From NCBI GenBank assembly GCA_943367755.1, contig CALRKB020000022.1, positions 18,020-66,019 of the forward strand: a stretch of 48,000 nucleotides of DNA, read 5' to 3'. The position numbers and the translations under genes are program-made. The notes under the pieces are model-generated. The model was given only the letters and a program-made list of their open reading frames with translations. It searched no databases and was not told the DNA's origin. Every line of letters starts with the position of its first letter. The stretch's first letter is position 1. Source of the stretch: Rhizobium sp. Q54. Its GTDB lineage: Bacteria > Cyanobacteriota > Cyanobacteriia > Pseudanabaenales > Pseudanabaenaceae. Shown here piece after piece: positions 26,784 through 35,649 of this stretch.

Positions 26784-27809
26784 ATGATTAATAGATCGAT
26801 AGTAGTAAACAGAAATCAGATTGATGTTGCTATTTCAAAGGCACTCAATTTTATCGCTCGAAATCAACTGCCTTACGGAGAAATTAAAACCTACTTTTCC
26901 ACTGATGAAAGGATGAAAAATCGGTGTGTATTTGATAGCTCACCATTTGTCACAGCATTGGTTGTATACTGTATCAGTTTTGTGGAAGATCCAAAAGTCA
27001 AGGAAATAACCCGAAAAGCAGTCCAATTCCTTGTAGAGGAGAAAGAAATACCAGGTCTGTGGCGATTTTGGTCTTCGAGAAACCCGAAGCACAAGAGACT
27101 TCCTCCTGATTTAGACGATACTGCCTGCATTGCCTTCATTTTAAAGCAATATTATTCTCCTTTGCTTTATTCATTTCTTTTTGGTTCTAATCAAACAATT
27201 CTTCTCAATAATAGAAATGAACAGGGACTTTTTTATACTTGGATCGTACCGCCCGGACATCAAAATAATTGGGTTGATAGTGTAGTTAATGCTAATGTGC
27301 TATTTTACCTGGGCGATTGCGAAGAAACTAAGGCAGTCTGCGATTATTTGCAAGATCTGGTATTAAGCGATCGCGAAAAGGGTTCCGATCGTTCCTATCT
27401 CAGAGATTTATGCCTTTACTATTTCATGTCTAGAGCATATTTTCAGGGTGCGCGCAGACTTAAGGACGCAAAAGACGCTGTCTCAAACAAAACGATTTCC
27501 TTGCAACAAGAAGATGGTTCTTTTGGTGACGATCTGAGTACTGCTCTTGCGGTTTGTACACTGCTCAACTATCAGTATAGTGATGAAACCATTCTTGATC
27601 GCGCAGCTCAGAGTCTTGTGGAGCGCCAGCAAGAAGATGGGGCTTGGTCAAAAATCGCTATGGTAACTGGTTGCTTTTGGACTGAAGGCGCAGGAGAAAC
27701 CGGAAATTGGCTAGCAGGTTATTGGGGATCTGAGGAGCTAACAACTGCTCTCTGCATTGAAGCTTTGGCAAAATATCGAGCTTTTGAAAAAAACGTTTGT
27801 CACCCCTAA
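26784..27809 (+). CDS. Single-domain squalene-hopene-cyclase / prenyltransferase-repeat (alpha/alpha-toroid) protein with a DxDDTA motif; class II terpene-cyclase-like
   Basis: 341 aa. PPDLDDTACIAFIL (D109-L-D-D-T-A, nt 27108..27125) mirrors the SHC catalytic DxDDTA. QW-like repeats are present: LVERQQEDGAWS, ISLQQEDGSFG, FIARNQLPYGE, FLVEEKEIPGLWRFW. Confidence 0.7.
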   Translation: MINRSIVVNRNQIDVAISKALNFIARNQLPYGEIKTYFSTDERMKNRCVFDSSPFVTALVVYCISFVEDPKVKEITRKAVQFLVEEKEIPGLWRFWSSRNPKHKRLPPDLDDTACIAFILKQYYSPLLYSFLFGSNQTILLNNRNEQGLFYTWIVPPGHQNNWVDSVVNANVLFYLGDCEETKAVCDYLQDLVLSDREKGSDRSYLRDLCLYYFMSRAYFQGARRLKDAKDAVSNKTISLQQEDGSFGDDLSTALAVCTLLNYQYSDETILDRAAQSLVERQQEDGAWSKIAMVTGCFWTEGAGETGNWLAGYWGSEELTTALCIEALAKYRAFEKNVCHP

Positions 27810-27868
27810 TTAATCGCATTTAAGTTCAGATATAACTTTCAAAACCCAAAATCTCAGAGAGGTAATTT

Positions 27869-30103
27869 ATGTTCAAAAAACCCCAATTTAAGCCTCATTT
27901 CCACATTGAAGTTGTAGAACCCAGTACCGTCTATCTCATGAGCGAGCAAGGGCATTTTGCTTTGAGTGGTAACTTCTATACCTTGTTAACTCCCTTGCTA
28001 AATGGTCAGTATACAGTTGATGAAATTGTTGAGCGGCTAAAAGCACATAAATCACTGTTTGGTATTTATCACGCATTAACCAACTTGGAAAGTCAGGGCT
28101 ACCTTACCGAAGCTGTAGACATCCCGACTGAAGTGGCAGCCTTTTGGAGTTTGCAGGGCGTAGAGCCTGGAATAGCCGTTAGTAAACTTCAAGATACCAG
28201 AGTTTCTGTAACTGCCTTCGGTAAAGTGAAAACAGAACCGTTTATCTCTGCGTTAGAGTCTCTGAACATCGAGGTTAGTAACGATGGAGACCTCACCGTA
28301 GTATTGACTGATGACTATCTACAACCGGGTTTAGGTGAGTTTAACTCCCAATCCTTACTCAGTCAAAAGCCTTGGATGCTTGTCAAACCTGTCGGTGCAA
28401 CCATCTGGGTCGGACCAATTTTTGTTCCGGGTCAAACGGGTTGTTGGCAATGTTTAGCTCAACGCTTGCAGACTAATCGTGAAGTCGAAACTGTCGTCGG
28501 TCAGCAAAAAGGAATTGTAGATCCCTTTCCCACCTCTCGGTCAATTTTACCAACCCACTTCCAGATCGGCGTAAATTTGGCAGCAACGGAAGTTGCCAAA
28601 TGGATAGCCCAGGAGGGAAACCACGAACAGCTAGAGGGCAAGTTGTTGACATTGGATCTAGCCTCACTGTCCATGCAGCACCACGTTTTAGTTAAACGTC
28701 CACAATGTCCAGCTTGTGGAGAGAAAGCTGCTTTTGAGTATCACAAATCCAAACCAATCGTGCTCGAAAGTCAGAAGAAGCGATTCACCGCAGATGGCGG
28801 CCACCGCTGTTTCACACCAGAGCAAACGCTTAAGAAATACGAACATCATATCAGCCCGATTACGGGAGTAGTCCGCGCTCTTCCCAAAAAGAAGATTGAT
28901 AGCGATCTAATTCACGTTTACGGTGCCGTTCACTCGCTGAGAAAAAATCTGGGTAGTTTAGCCGATCTACGTAGTAGTCTACGTCAAAACAGTGCTGGCA
29001 AGGGAAAGACGGACCAGCAGTCCAAAGTAAGCGGTCTTTGTGAAGCGATTGAGCGATATTCTGGCGTTTTCACGGGCGAAGAAATCTGCATCAAAGGTAC
29101 TTATACCCAACTGGAATCAGCCGCCATTCACCCAAATACATGTATGCTCTTTAGCGCCAACCAATACCAAAACCGCCAAGATTGGAACCAACAGCACGGC
29201 AGTTTTGCCTGGGTACCCAAACCCTTTAACGAGGAGCGAGAAATTGAGTGGACATCGGTTTGGTCGCTGACTCACCAACAGTTCAAGTATGTGCCAACTG
29301 CTTACTGTTACTATGGCTATCCGCTTCCCGATGACCATCGCTTCTGTCGCGGAGATTCCAACGGTAATGCTGCGGGCAATACCTTAGAAGAAGCGATTCT
29401 GCAAGGATTTATGGAGTTGGTAGAACGAGACTGCGTGGCGTTATGGTGGTACAACCGCATCAAACGACCCGCTGTGGATTTAAACAGTTTTGATGAACCC
29501 TACCTGTTAGACCTGAAAGACTATTACCAAACTCAATACCGCGACCTCTGGGTGTTGGATATCACTAACGATCTGAATATTCCCTGCTTTGCCGCGATTT
29601 CTCGACGAACTCAAGGATCTTCTGAGGAGATACTTTTGGGCTTTGGCACTCATTTCGATGCTAAAGTTGCCATGCTTAGGGCAGTTACTGAGATGAACCA
29701 AACATTGGGCATCGAACTGGACAATGGCAAAGCCGTGCCTGACGATCCAGATTGGCAGTATTGGCTTAGGAATGCCACATTAGAAAACCAGCCTTACCTA
29801 GTGGGAGATCGCCAAGTTCCTGTAAAAGTTTACTCAGATTATCCACGATACTGTCAAGATGACCTACGACAAGACGTACTCACCTGCGTAGACATTGCCG
29901 CACGACACGGCATGGAAACCCTTGTCCTCGACCAAACCCGCCCAGATATTGGTTTAAACGTCGTCAAGGTGATCGTTCCTGGAATGCGCCACTTTTGGAA
30001 TCGGTTTGCTCCAGGGCGGCTGTATGACGTTCCCGTGAGCATGGGTTGGTTGCAAGAACCTCTGACAGAAGAACAACTCAACCCAATACCGATGTTTTTC
30101 TAA
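27869..30103 (+). CDS. Fused E1-like/RRE plus YcaO cyclodehydratase of the cyanobactin heterocyclase type (PatD/LynD/TruD-like)
   Basis: 744 aa. Long blocks match PatD/LynD as I recall them: FKPHFHIEVVEPSTVYL, LLNGQYTVDEIVERL, VVLTDDYLQP, GCWQCLAQRLQTNREVE, RPQCPACG, GKGKTDQQSKVSGLCEAIERYSG, GDSNGNAAGNTLEEAILQGFMELVERD, DQTRPDIGLNVVKVIVPGMRHFW, and the C-terminal NPIPMFF. Confidence 0.9.
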   Translation: MFKKPQFKPHFHIEVVEPSTVYLMSEQGHFALSGNFYTLLTPLLNGQYTVDEIVERLKAHKSLFGIYHALTNLESQGYLTEAVDIPTEVAAFWSLQGVEPGIAVSKLQDTRVSVTAFGKVKTEPFISALESLNIEVSNDGDLTVVLTDDYLQPGLGEFNSQSLLSQKPWMLVKPVGATIWVGPIFVPGQTGCWQCLAQRLQTNREVETVVGQQKGIVDPFPTSRSILPTHFQIGVNLAATEVAKWIAQEGNHEQLEGKLLTLDLASLSMQHHVLVKRPQCPACGEKAAFEYHKSKPIVLESQKKRFTADGGHRCFTPEQTLKKYEHHISPITGVVRALPKKKIDSDLIHVYGAVHSLRKNLGSLADLRSSLRQNSAGKGKTDQQSKVSGLCEAIERYSGVFTGEEICIKGTYTQLESAAIHPNTCMLFSANQYQNRQDWNQQHGSFAWVPKPFNEEREIEWTSVWSLTHQQFKYVPTAYCYYGYPLPDDHRFCRGDSNGNAAGNTLEEAILQGFMELVERDCVALWWYNRIKRPAVDLNSFDEPYLLDLKDYYQTQYRDLWVLDITNDLNIPCFAAISRRTQGSSEEILLGFGTHFDAKVAMLRAVTEMNQTLGIELDNGKAVPDDPDWQYWLRNATLENQPYLVGDRQVPVKVYSDYPRYCQDDLRQDVLTCVDIAARHGMETLVLDQTRPDIGLNVVKVIVPGMRHFWNRFAPGRLYDVPVSMGWLQEPLTEEQLNPIPMFF

Positions 30104-30120
30104 ATTTAAGGATCTTTCAT

Positions 30121-31581
30121 ATGTCACAGCAATTCCTCCTATCTCTTAAAAAAGACATTTCCTGCATTGAATCAGACGAAACCGATCGACTCATTCTCCA
30201 ATCCTTAACCCATGCTTTGACCTTTAAACAGGTACAGTCGGGATTGAAAACAGCGCTCAGGACGCTAGCAGATGGTGGTGCCACCTTGGCAGAACTGAGC
30301 CAAATGGTACAGCAGGACGATGGAAATTTTCCTGCACTCCAGTTTTATACCTACCTGCAAAGATTCACCCACTGCGGCTGGCTTTGTCATTCAGCCTTAG
30401 CAGAAGGTCTGCCGATCGCCATTGCTATACCCATCACCTCAGATTATCAATTTCCTTATACTGAGGTCGTTGTCGAGTCCAGGTATATACTTTCCCGCTT
30501 TGCCTATTGCCACTCGGTTGAAGGGCAACTGGTACTGGAGTCACCGCTGTCTCAATCACAAGTGCTATTACTGAATTGGCAAGGAGCAGTTCTGGTGACA
30601 CAGTTAGCCAGACCTCAAAGCTGTCATGACATCCTGGCTGCAGTTCCAGGAATTTCCCTAAAAACAGTGCAGCAGTTTGTCAGCCTACTTTTAGGTGCCC
30701 AAATGCTCTCTGAGGTGGGTGAAGACAGTACTATCCAAGAACAAGCCAATACTACCCTCGCCCAATGGGAATTTCACGACCTTCTGTTTCATAGCTGCAG
30801 CCGACAAGGGAGACATGCCAATCCTTTCGGCAGAACTTATCGCTTTTTAGGCAAAATTGAGCCATTGCCTGCAATCAAACCTCGGATGTCTGAGGAGGCG
30901 ATCTCGCTATATAAACCTGACCTGGAAATCCTCAAAACGACGGAGGTATCGTTGACTCAGATTCTAGAAACAAGAAAGTCAATTCGGGAGTACGGAGAAA
31001 CTCCGATCGCTGCCCAAAAACTAGGAGAGTTTCTCTACCGCTGTGCCAGAGTCAAACACTTGAAGCAGGAAGAGCATGGAGAAATTACTCGCCGTCCTTA
31101 TCCCGGTGGAGGGGCACTATACGAACTAGAACTTTACCCCATAGTCAACCGTTGTGAGGGAATTTCCTCTGGTTTATATCACTACGATCCTTTAGCACAT
31201 CAACTGTGTCGGATTTCTGACAGAACCGAAACTGTAGATGCGCTACTCAAAAATGCTTGGCAATCAATGGGGCAGCAAGGTATACCTCAAGTTCTGATTG
31301 TGATTGCCGCCCGTTTTCAAAGGATGGCTTGGAAGTACGAATCGATGGCTTATGCAGCGATGCTCAAGAACGTCGGGGTTCTGTACCAAACTATGTACCT
31401 GGTGGCAACAGCTATGGAATTAGCTCCTTGCGGTCTTGGAGGTGGCAATTCTGATTTATTTGCGAAGGCGGCAGGATGTGACTACTACTCCGAAACGTCT
31501 ATCGGAGAGTTTGCTTTGGGTAGTCGGCTACAAGCCTTGTTGCTTCCAGATTACGAATCCACTATCACTCCTCGTGGATGA
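30121..31581 (+). CDS. SagB-type FMN-dependent azoline dehydrogenase (stand-alone oxidase, ThcOx-like architecture)
   Basis: Nitroreductase-fold core: TRKSIREY, RRPYPGGGALYELELYP, VIAARFQRMAWKYESMAYAAMLKNVGVLYQTMYLVA, CGLGGG. It has a long N-terminal extension. I prefer the ATG at 30121 (AAGGA upstream, 17 nt after the YcaO stop) over the ORF-track start at 30046, which overlaps the YcaO gene. Confidence 0.85.
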   Translation: MSQQFLLSLKKDISCIESDETDRLILQSLTHALTFKQVQSGLKTALRTLADGGATLAELSQMVQQDDGNFPALQFYTYLQRFTHCGWLCHSALAEGLPIAIAIPITSDYQFPYTEVVVESRYILSRFAYCHSVEGQLVLESPLSQSQVLLLNWQGAVLVTQLARPQSCHDILAAVPGISLKTVQQFVSLLLGAQMLSEVGEDSTIQEQANTTLAQWEFHDLLFHSCSRQGRHANPFGRTYRFLGKIEPLPAIKPRMSEEAISLYKPDLEILKTTEVSLTQILETRKSIREYGETPIAAQKLGEFLYRCARVKHLKQEEHGEITRRPYPGGGALYELELYPIVNRCEGISSGLYHYDPLAHQLCRISDRTETVDALLKNAWQSMGQQGIPQVLIVIAARFQRMAWKYESMAYAAMLKNVGVLYQTMYLVATAMELAPCGLGGGNSDLFAKAAGCDYYSETSIGEFALGSRLQALLLPDYESTITPRG

Positions 31582-33287
31582 AGCCGACTGACTCGTTTAA
31601 AAGGAGCAAAACTGTGAATTTTGTTAGACACTTGCTACAAGCCTCCTGGGCTACAGTCACGATCACCGCGATCGCAGGAATAATTAGTGGTGGATGTACT
31701 GTCTTTCTGATCGCTCTCATCGCTACAGCGATGCGTCAATCTCAGCCACCTTCTCTCCTGGAGATCGGGGGATTTATTGGGTTGTGCTGCATTCAACTGA
31801 TAACTCGCTTCATCTCGGAGGTGTCTTTAACTCGACTAGGCCAGGAAATGACATGCCACCTTCAGATGCTTCTAAGTCAACGCATTCTTGCCTCATCGCT
31901 CCGTCAGATCGAAACCATGGGTGCACCTGTACTGCTAGCATCTCTGACTGAGGATATCCAGGTCATATCGAACTTCGTCACGTTCATTCCTTTTGTCTGC
32001 ATCAATATTGTCTTTGTCAGTGGCTGTCTTCTCTATCTAGTCTGGCTTTCAGGAATACTCTTTCTTGTCCTGCTAGTCTTTCTGGGGCTGGGAATCATCA
32101 GCTTTCAGTTCCTTCAGACAAAAGCGATCTCCAAACTTAAATTAGCCCGCCAGCAGCAAGATCGTCTATTCCAACACTTCCGCGCCATGACCGAGGGCAT
32201 CAAGGAACTCAAGATGCATAGCGATCGCCGCCAGGCATTTCTCAATGAGGATCTAAAACTTACTGCTATTACCGCTAAAAACTACAAAATTGCCGGGATG
32301 ACAATCTACATTGGGGCAGCTAGTTGGGGGCAAGCGTTACAGTTCCTAATTATGGGCGTATTGCTGTTTCTTATGCCTAGTCTCCAACCAATTTCTCGCT
32401 CGGTTTTGTCAGCTTATGTGCTCACATTTATTTACATGGGCCCCTACGTGGGGCAAATTTTGAGCTTGTTGCCTAACTGGGGGAAAGCAAAGATTGCTTT
32501 ACTTAAAATCTCCGACCTCGGACTGCTCCTGGAGAGAAGTGCTGAACCTAGTGCTTTTAGCGTATCTGAGTCTGGTTCATCCTGGCAAAAGTTAGAGTTG
32601 CTGGGAGTTACCCATATCTACCGCTCTGAGCACGATGATAGTAACTTTACTCTCGGCCCACTCAATCTGACATTAAGTGCAGGCAAACTAGTTTTTATTA
32701 TTGGAGGAAATGGTAGCGGTAAATCAACCTTAGCCAAGTTACTAACTGGGTTATACCTTCCCGAATTTGGAGAAATTCGGCTTGACAGTCGTTTGATTGA
32801 TGATGCTAATAGGGAGTGGTATCGGCAGCATTTTTCGGTGGTATTCTCAGATTTTTATTTATTTGAACGTTTCCTAGGACTGCAGCAAGTTGACGAACGG
32901 GTACAGGAATATTTATTCAAACTTCAACTTGAGCATAAAGTCAAGGTTGAAGATGGTAAACTCTCAACTATAAATCTATCGCAAGGACAGCGTAAACGGC
33001 TGGCACTCCTGACAGCTTATCTAGAAGATCGCCCTATCTATTTATTTGATGAATGGGCTTCTGACCAAGACCCTATCTTTAAAAAGACTTTCTACGAAGA
33101 ACTTTTACCAATACTCAAGGCTAAAGGCAAAACCGTTTTAGTTATTAGCCATGACGAGAAATATTTTGGTGTAGCCGACCAGATCCTGAGATTAGATTAC
33201 GGTCAGATTGTTGAAAACAGTTTTGGACTAGCGAGGCAAGAAGAGTGTTTTTGTGGAAGCGATAACTTGGCCGATCGCCTGCCGTAA
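31578..33287 (+). CDS. Cyclic-peptide-type ABC exporter (SyrD/PvdE-like half transporter), no C39 peptidase domain
   Basis: 569 aa, with an N-terminal six-helix-like TMD followed by an NBD: Walker A GGNGSGKST, signature LSQGQRKRLAL, Walker B IYLFDEWASDQD. The ATG overlaps the oxidase stop (ATGA). Confidence 0.9.
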   Translation: MKPTDSFKRSKTVNFVRHLLQASWATVTITAIAGIISGGCTVFLIALIATAMRQSQPPSLLEIGGFIGLCCIQLITRFISEVSLTRLGQEMTCHLQMLLSQRILASSLRQIETMGAPVLLASLTEDIQVISNFVTFIPFVCINIVFVSGCLLYLVWLSGILFLVLLVFLGLGIISFQFLQTKAISKLKLARQQQDRLFQHFRAMTEGIKELKMHSDRRQAFLNEDLKLTAITAKNYKIAGMTIYIGAASWGQALQFLIMGVLLFLMPSLQPISRSVLSAYVLTFIYMGPYVGQILSLLPNWGKAKIALLKISDLGLLLERSAEPSAFSVSESGSSWQKLELLGVTHIYRSEHDDSNFTLGPLNLTLSAGKLVFIIGGNGSGKSTLAKLLTGLYLPEFGEIRLDSRLIDDANREWYRQHFSVVFSDFYLFERFLGLQQVDERVQEYLFKLQLEHKVKVEDGKLSTINLSQGQRKRLALLTAYLEDRPIYLFDEWASDQDPIFKKTFYEELLPILKAKGKTVLVISHDEKYFGVADQILRLDYGQIVENSFGLARQEECFCGSDNLADRLP

Positions 33288-33309
33288 CTGATAACTTCCC
33301 AACGGCAGG
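33278..33309. terminator. Hairpin between the convergent ABC and DMT genes (possible bidirectional terminator)
   Basis: CCTGCCGT-N16-ACGGCAGG, an 8-bp stem spanning the ABC stop codon. There is no clear U-tract on either strand. Confidence 0.3.
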
Positions 33310-33319
33310 TGTATAGGCT

Positions 33320-34219
33320 TTATGTAACAGCGATTTGAGTGCGCTTCCCCATTGCTACACAAACAATTACTCCCACAGCAAAACTGAGAGTTGTAATTGA
33401 CAGATGTTCGCCGAGGAATGCTGCTGATGCCAGGATGGTCAGAAATGGCTGAAGCAACTGAATTTGTCCAACGCGAGCAATCCCACCTAGGGATAGCCCT
33501 TGATACCAAGCAAAAAATCCAAGCAACATACTGAAAATGCTCACATAGATAAATCCCAGCACAGCATTAACTGAAATTAAGGAGAAAGATGATGGTGCGT
33601 GTTGGATCGCGATTGGCAGTAACACAGGTGTGGATAACACAAGAGACCAACAAATGACTTGCCACGAGCCAAAGCTACGTGCCAAAATCGCTCCTTCTGC
33701 ATACCCCAAACCTGCTGCTGCAACTGCTCCCAACAAGGCCAGATCCGCTAATCGAATTGAGCCACTACCCGACCAGAGTGCAAAAGCAATTACCAGTAGA
33801 CTACCCAAACTTGCAAAAAACCATAACATGATGGAAGGCCGTTCGCCCGCTCGCCATACGCCACAAAGAGCAGTTGATAGCGGCAATAGACCAGTAATGA
33901 CCGCTCCATAAGAAGCTGGCGCATCGCGCATGGCGATCGCAGACAGTAGAGGAAACCCAATCACTACCCCAACAATGACAATACAAAATCTGGGTAGTGA
34001 TCGCAACGGGGGGATTTTTTGGCGGGTAACCACTAACAGAACTATTGATAGCCCTGCGGCAATGATCGCTCGTCCCAAACCCACAAAAACTGGATCGAAG
34101 CCTGAACCAGCCATAACAGCAACTCTAGTCGCTGGTAAGGTAAGACTAAAAATTAGTACACCCAGAAACCCATAAGCAAAACCCATCAATTCTTTCTGGG
34201 ACTGTGGATGCGTATTCAT
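33320..34219 (-). CDS. DMT superfamily (EamA-like) transporter
   Basis: About 10 hydrophobic helices in two EamA-like halves. The likely start is the ATG at 34219 (MNTHPQSQ); the ORF-track start is 34252. Confidence 0.8.
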   Translation of the reverse strand: MNTHPQSQKELMGFAYGFLGVLIFSLTLPATRVAVMAGSGFDPVFVGLGRAIIAAGLSIVLLVVTRQKIPPLRSLPRFCIVIVGVVIGFPLLSAIAMRDAPASYGAVITGLLPLSTALCGVWRAGERPSIMLWFFASLGSLLVIAFALWSGSGSIRLADLALLGAVAAAGLGYAEGAILARSFGSWQVICWSLVLSTPVLLPIAIQHAPSSFSLISVNAVLGFIYVSIFSMLLGFFAWYQGLSLGGIARVGQIQLLQPFLTILASAAFLGEHLSITTLSFAVGVIVCVAMGKRTQIAVT

Positions 34220-34299
34220 TCCGCGCCTCGAACAATCCCCTAACTTTAGCATTCGCAGATTAACTTAAAACCAAGCCCTTGATGCCTCCAACCCAATAA

Positions 34300-35511
34300 C
34301 TAAGCAATACTGCTGCGTTTGCGTGCTTCTTTGTAGGAAGTAGCAACATTTTTCAGTCCTGACTTCACCAGGTGTTGCTCCAGAATGGCAAAAAAACGGT
34401 AGCGATCGCTCCCAGTTACTACCGCTTGATTGTGTGCTTCCGCAAGGACGACGGGATAACCATAGCCCTTTTGCACTTGCGCCAAAATCAAACTAAGTGC
34501 TTGAAACCTGAGGTCAGGATCTAAGGCTGTCCATTCTGGCATTTCCACTCTGGCAATTTCCGTACCCACATGCAGATAGCAGAAATACACTGTATGTTCG
34601 CCATATTCTTGCAGGATACGCGCACTGCTCCGCCAGAGCGGACTAACTTCTCCTGGTTGCAGGAAACGATGCCAGAGCGTCGCATCTCGTAAGGGTTGCA
34701 GCACACTACAGGGAGCGCGATCGATACTTTGGTTGGTAGTACTAATGCAGTGGGTATTACAGTCTGGCTGAGCGAAAGGGCAGGCTTGGAGACGCAAAAA
34801 GTTAGTTGCCTCCGTACTGCGAGGCGCACTGATATATCCCACCATCGGAATGCGATCCTGGCGCAACCGCTCCCACGCCGCCAGTATATCCGGCAGAATT
34901 TTTGCCCTTGCTTCTGGCGGTAACATTTCCAAAGACCAATGAATCAAGGAACCGTCGCTCATAGCTAGGACAGGCCCAAACAGCGGATGAAGACTTTTCT
35001 GCTCGCAGGCCAAATCGGCTAGAGCAATCGCTTCAGCCACATTCCGCTTGAGTGTCATCCACTCCTCGGTTTGGATCCCCCACTGCCTCGCGCCATAGAG
35101 ATCTTCAGGTTTGTAATATACCTCTGGCCGATTATCAAGCACGGGATAGATACTGGAGCCATAGTGCAGAGCGACTCTGCCGACATTAATTAAGTAGCAA
35201 TAGGCAATCTCGTGGCGGCTAGGCGCAATCTGGGAACCATCAGTAGCTACAACCGTATGCGGCGAAGTAATCGGCGCGATCGCATGTTGGCTCTCTAGCG
35301 GTTCCACGGGCTCAGCGCAGTTAAATGCCAGGCGATCGCCCCATGCCTGTCGTTGTTGCCGTCGCAAAACTTGATGCGCGATCGCATCCTGAAATAGAGA
35401 CTCCGCCAGATCTAGCTTGTGGGCGAGTGATTTTGCCTCATGCGCTAGTTGCTCTGACATCCCTTGCATTTGTGCCGCTACTTTGAGCAAATCCAGCATA
35501 ATTATCGTCAC
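34300..35511 (-). CDS. NurA-domain nuclease-like protein
   Basis: 403 aa. VVATDGSQI and MSDGSLIHW resemble the Asp-Gly-Ser catalytic blocks of NurA 5'-3' nucleases. I recognise the overall family from conserved cyanobacterial homologues, but only loosely. Confidence 0.5.
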   Translation of the reverse strand: MTIIMLDLLKVAAQMQGMSEQLAHEAKSLAHKLDLAESLFQDAIAHQVLRRQQRQAWGDRLAFNCAEPVEPLESQHAIAPITSPHTVVATDGSQIAPSRHEIAYCYLINVGRVALHYGSSIYPVLDNRPEVYYKPEDLYGARQWGIQTEEWMTLKRNVAEAIALADLACEQKSLHPLFGPVLAMSDGSLIHWSLEMLPPEARAKILPDILAAWERLRQDRIPMVGYISAPRSTEATNFLRLQACPFAQPDCNTHCISTTNQSIDRAPCSVLQPLRDATLWHRFLQPGEVSPLWRSSARILQEYGEHTVYFCYLHVGTEIARVEMPEWTALDPDLRFQALSLILAQVQKGYGYPVVLAEAHNQAVVTGSDRYRFFAILEQHLVKSGLKNVATSYKEARKRSSIA

Positions 35512-35649
35512 CGCAGATGAATATCTCTATTTTGGCGGTAATAACTCCGAGGTGGTGTCCTGGATCTGTAGATCAAGTTTTCGGAAAAATTGTGCTGTGT
35601 GCTTTGTCACGGCTGAAATGGCTATTACTTCGGTATAGCGTTGCATTGT

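Noticed and set aside
26784-27809. The toroid protein read as a LanC-type lanthionine cyclase or a CaaX-type protein prenyltransferase beta subunit
   Set aside because: I find no LanC zinc-ligand pattern (conserved Cys...Cys-His) or GxxG repeats, and no lanthipeptide dehydratase in the window. The precursor ends in ACY, not a CaaX box. The DxDDTA motif points to the class II cyclase lineage instead. This is kept only as an alternative in the finding.
30046-30120. Upstream extension of the SagB-type oxidase ORF (MVARTSDRRTTQPNTDVFLNLRIFH)
   Set aside because: It overlaps the YcaO C-terminus in another frame. The ATG at 30121 has an AAGGA upstream and gives a sensible 17-nt intergenic gap.
35517-35649. 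First ~45 codons of the 187-aa ORF at 35517..36080
   Set aside because: Only the distal part resembles a transposase. The proximal part looks like a chance open frame running into the remnant, so the whole ORF is called a pseudogene fragment rather than an intact gene.
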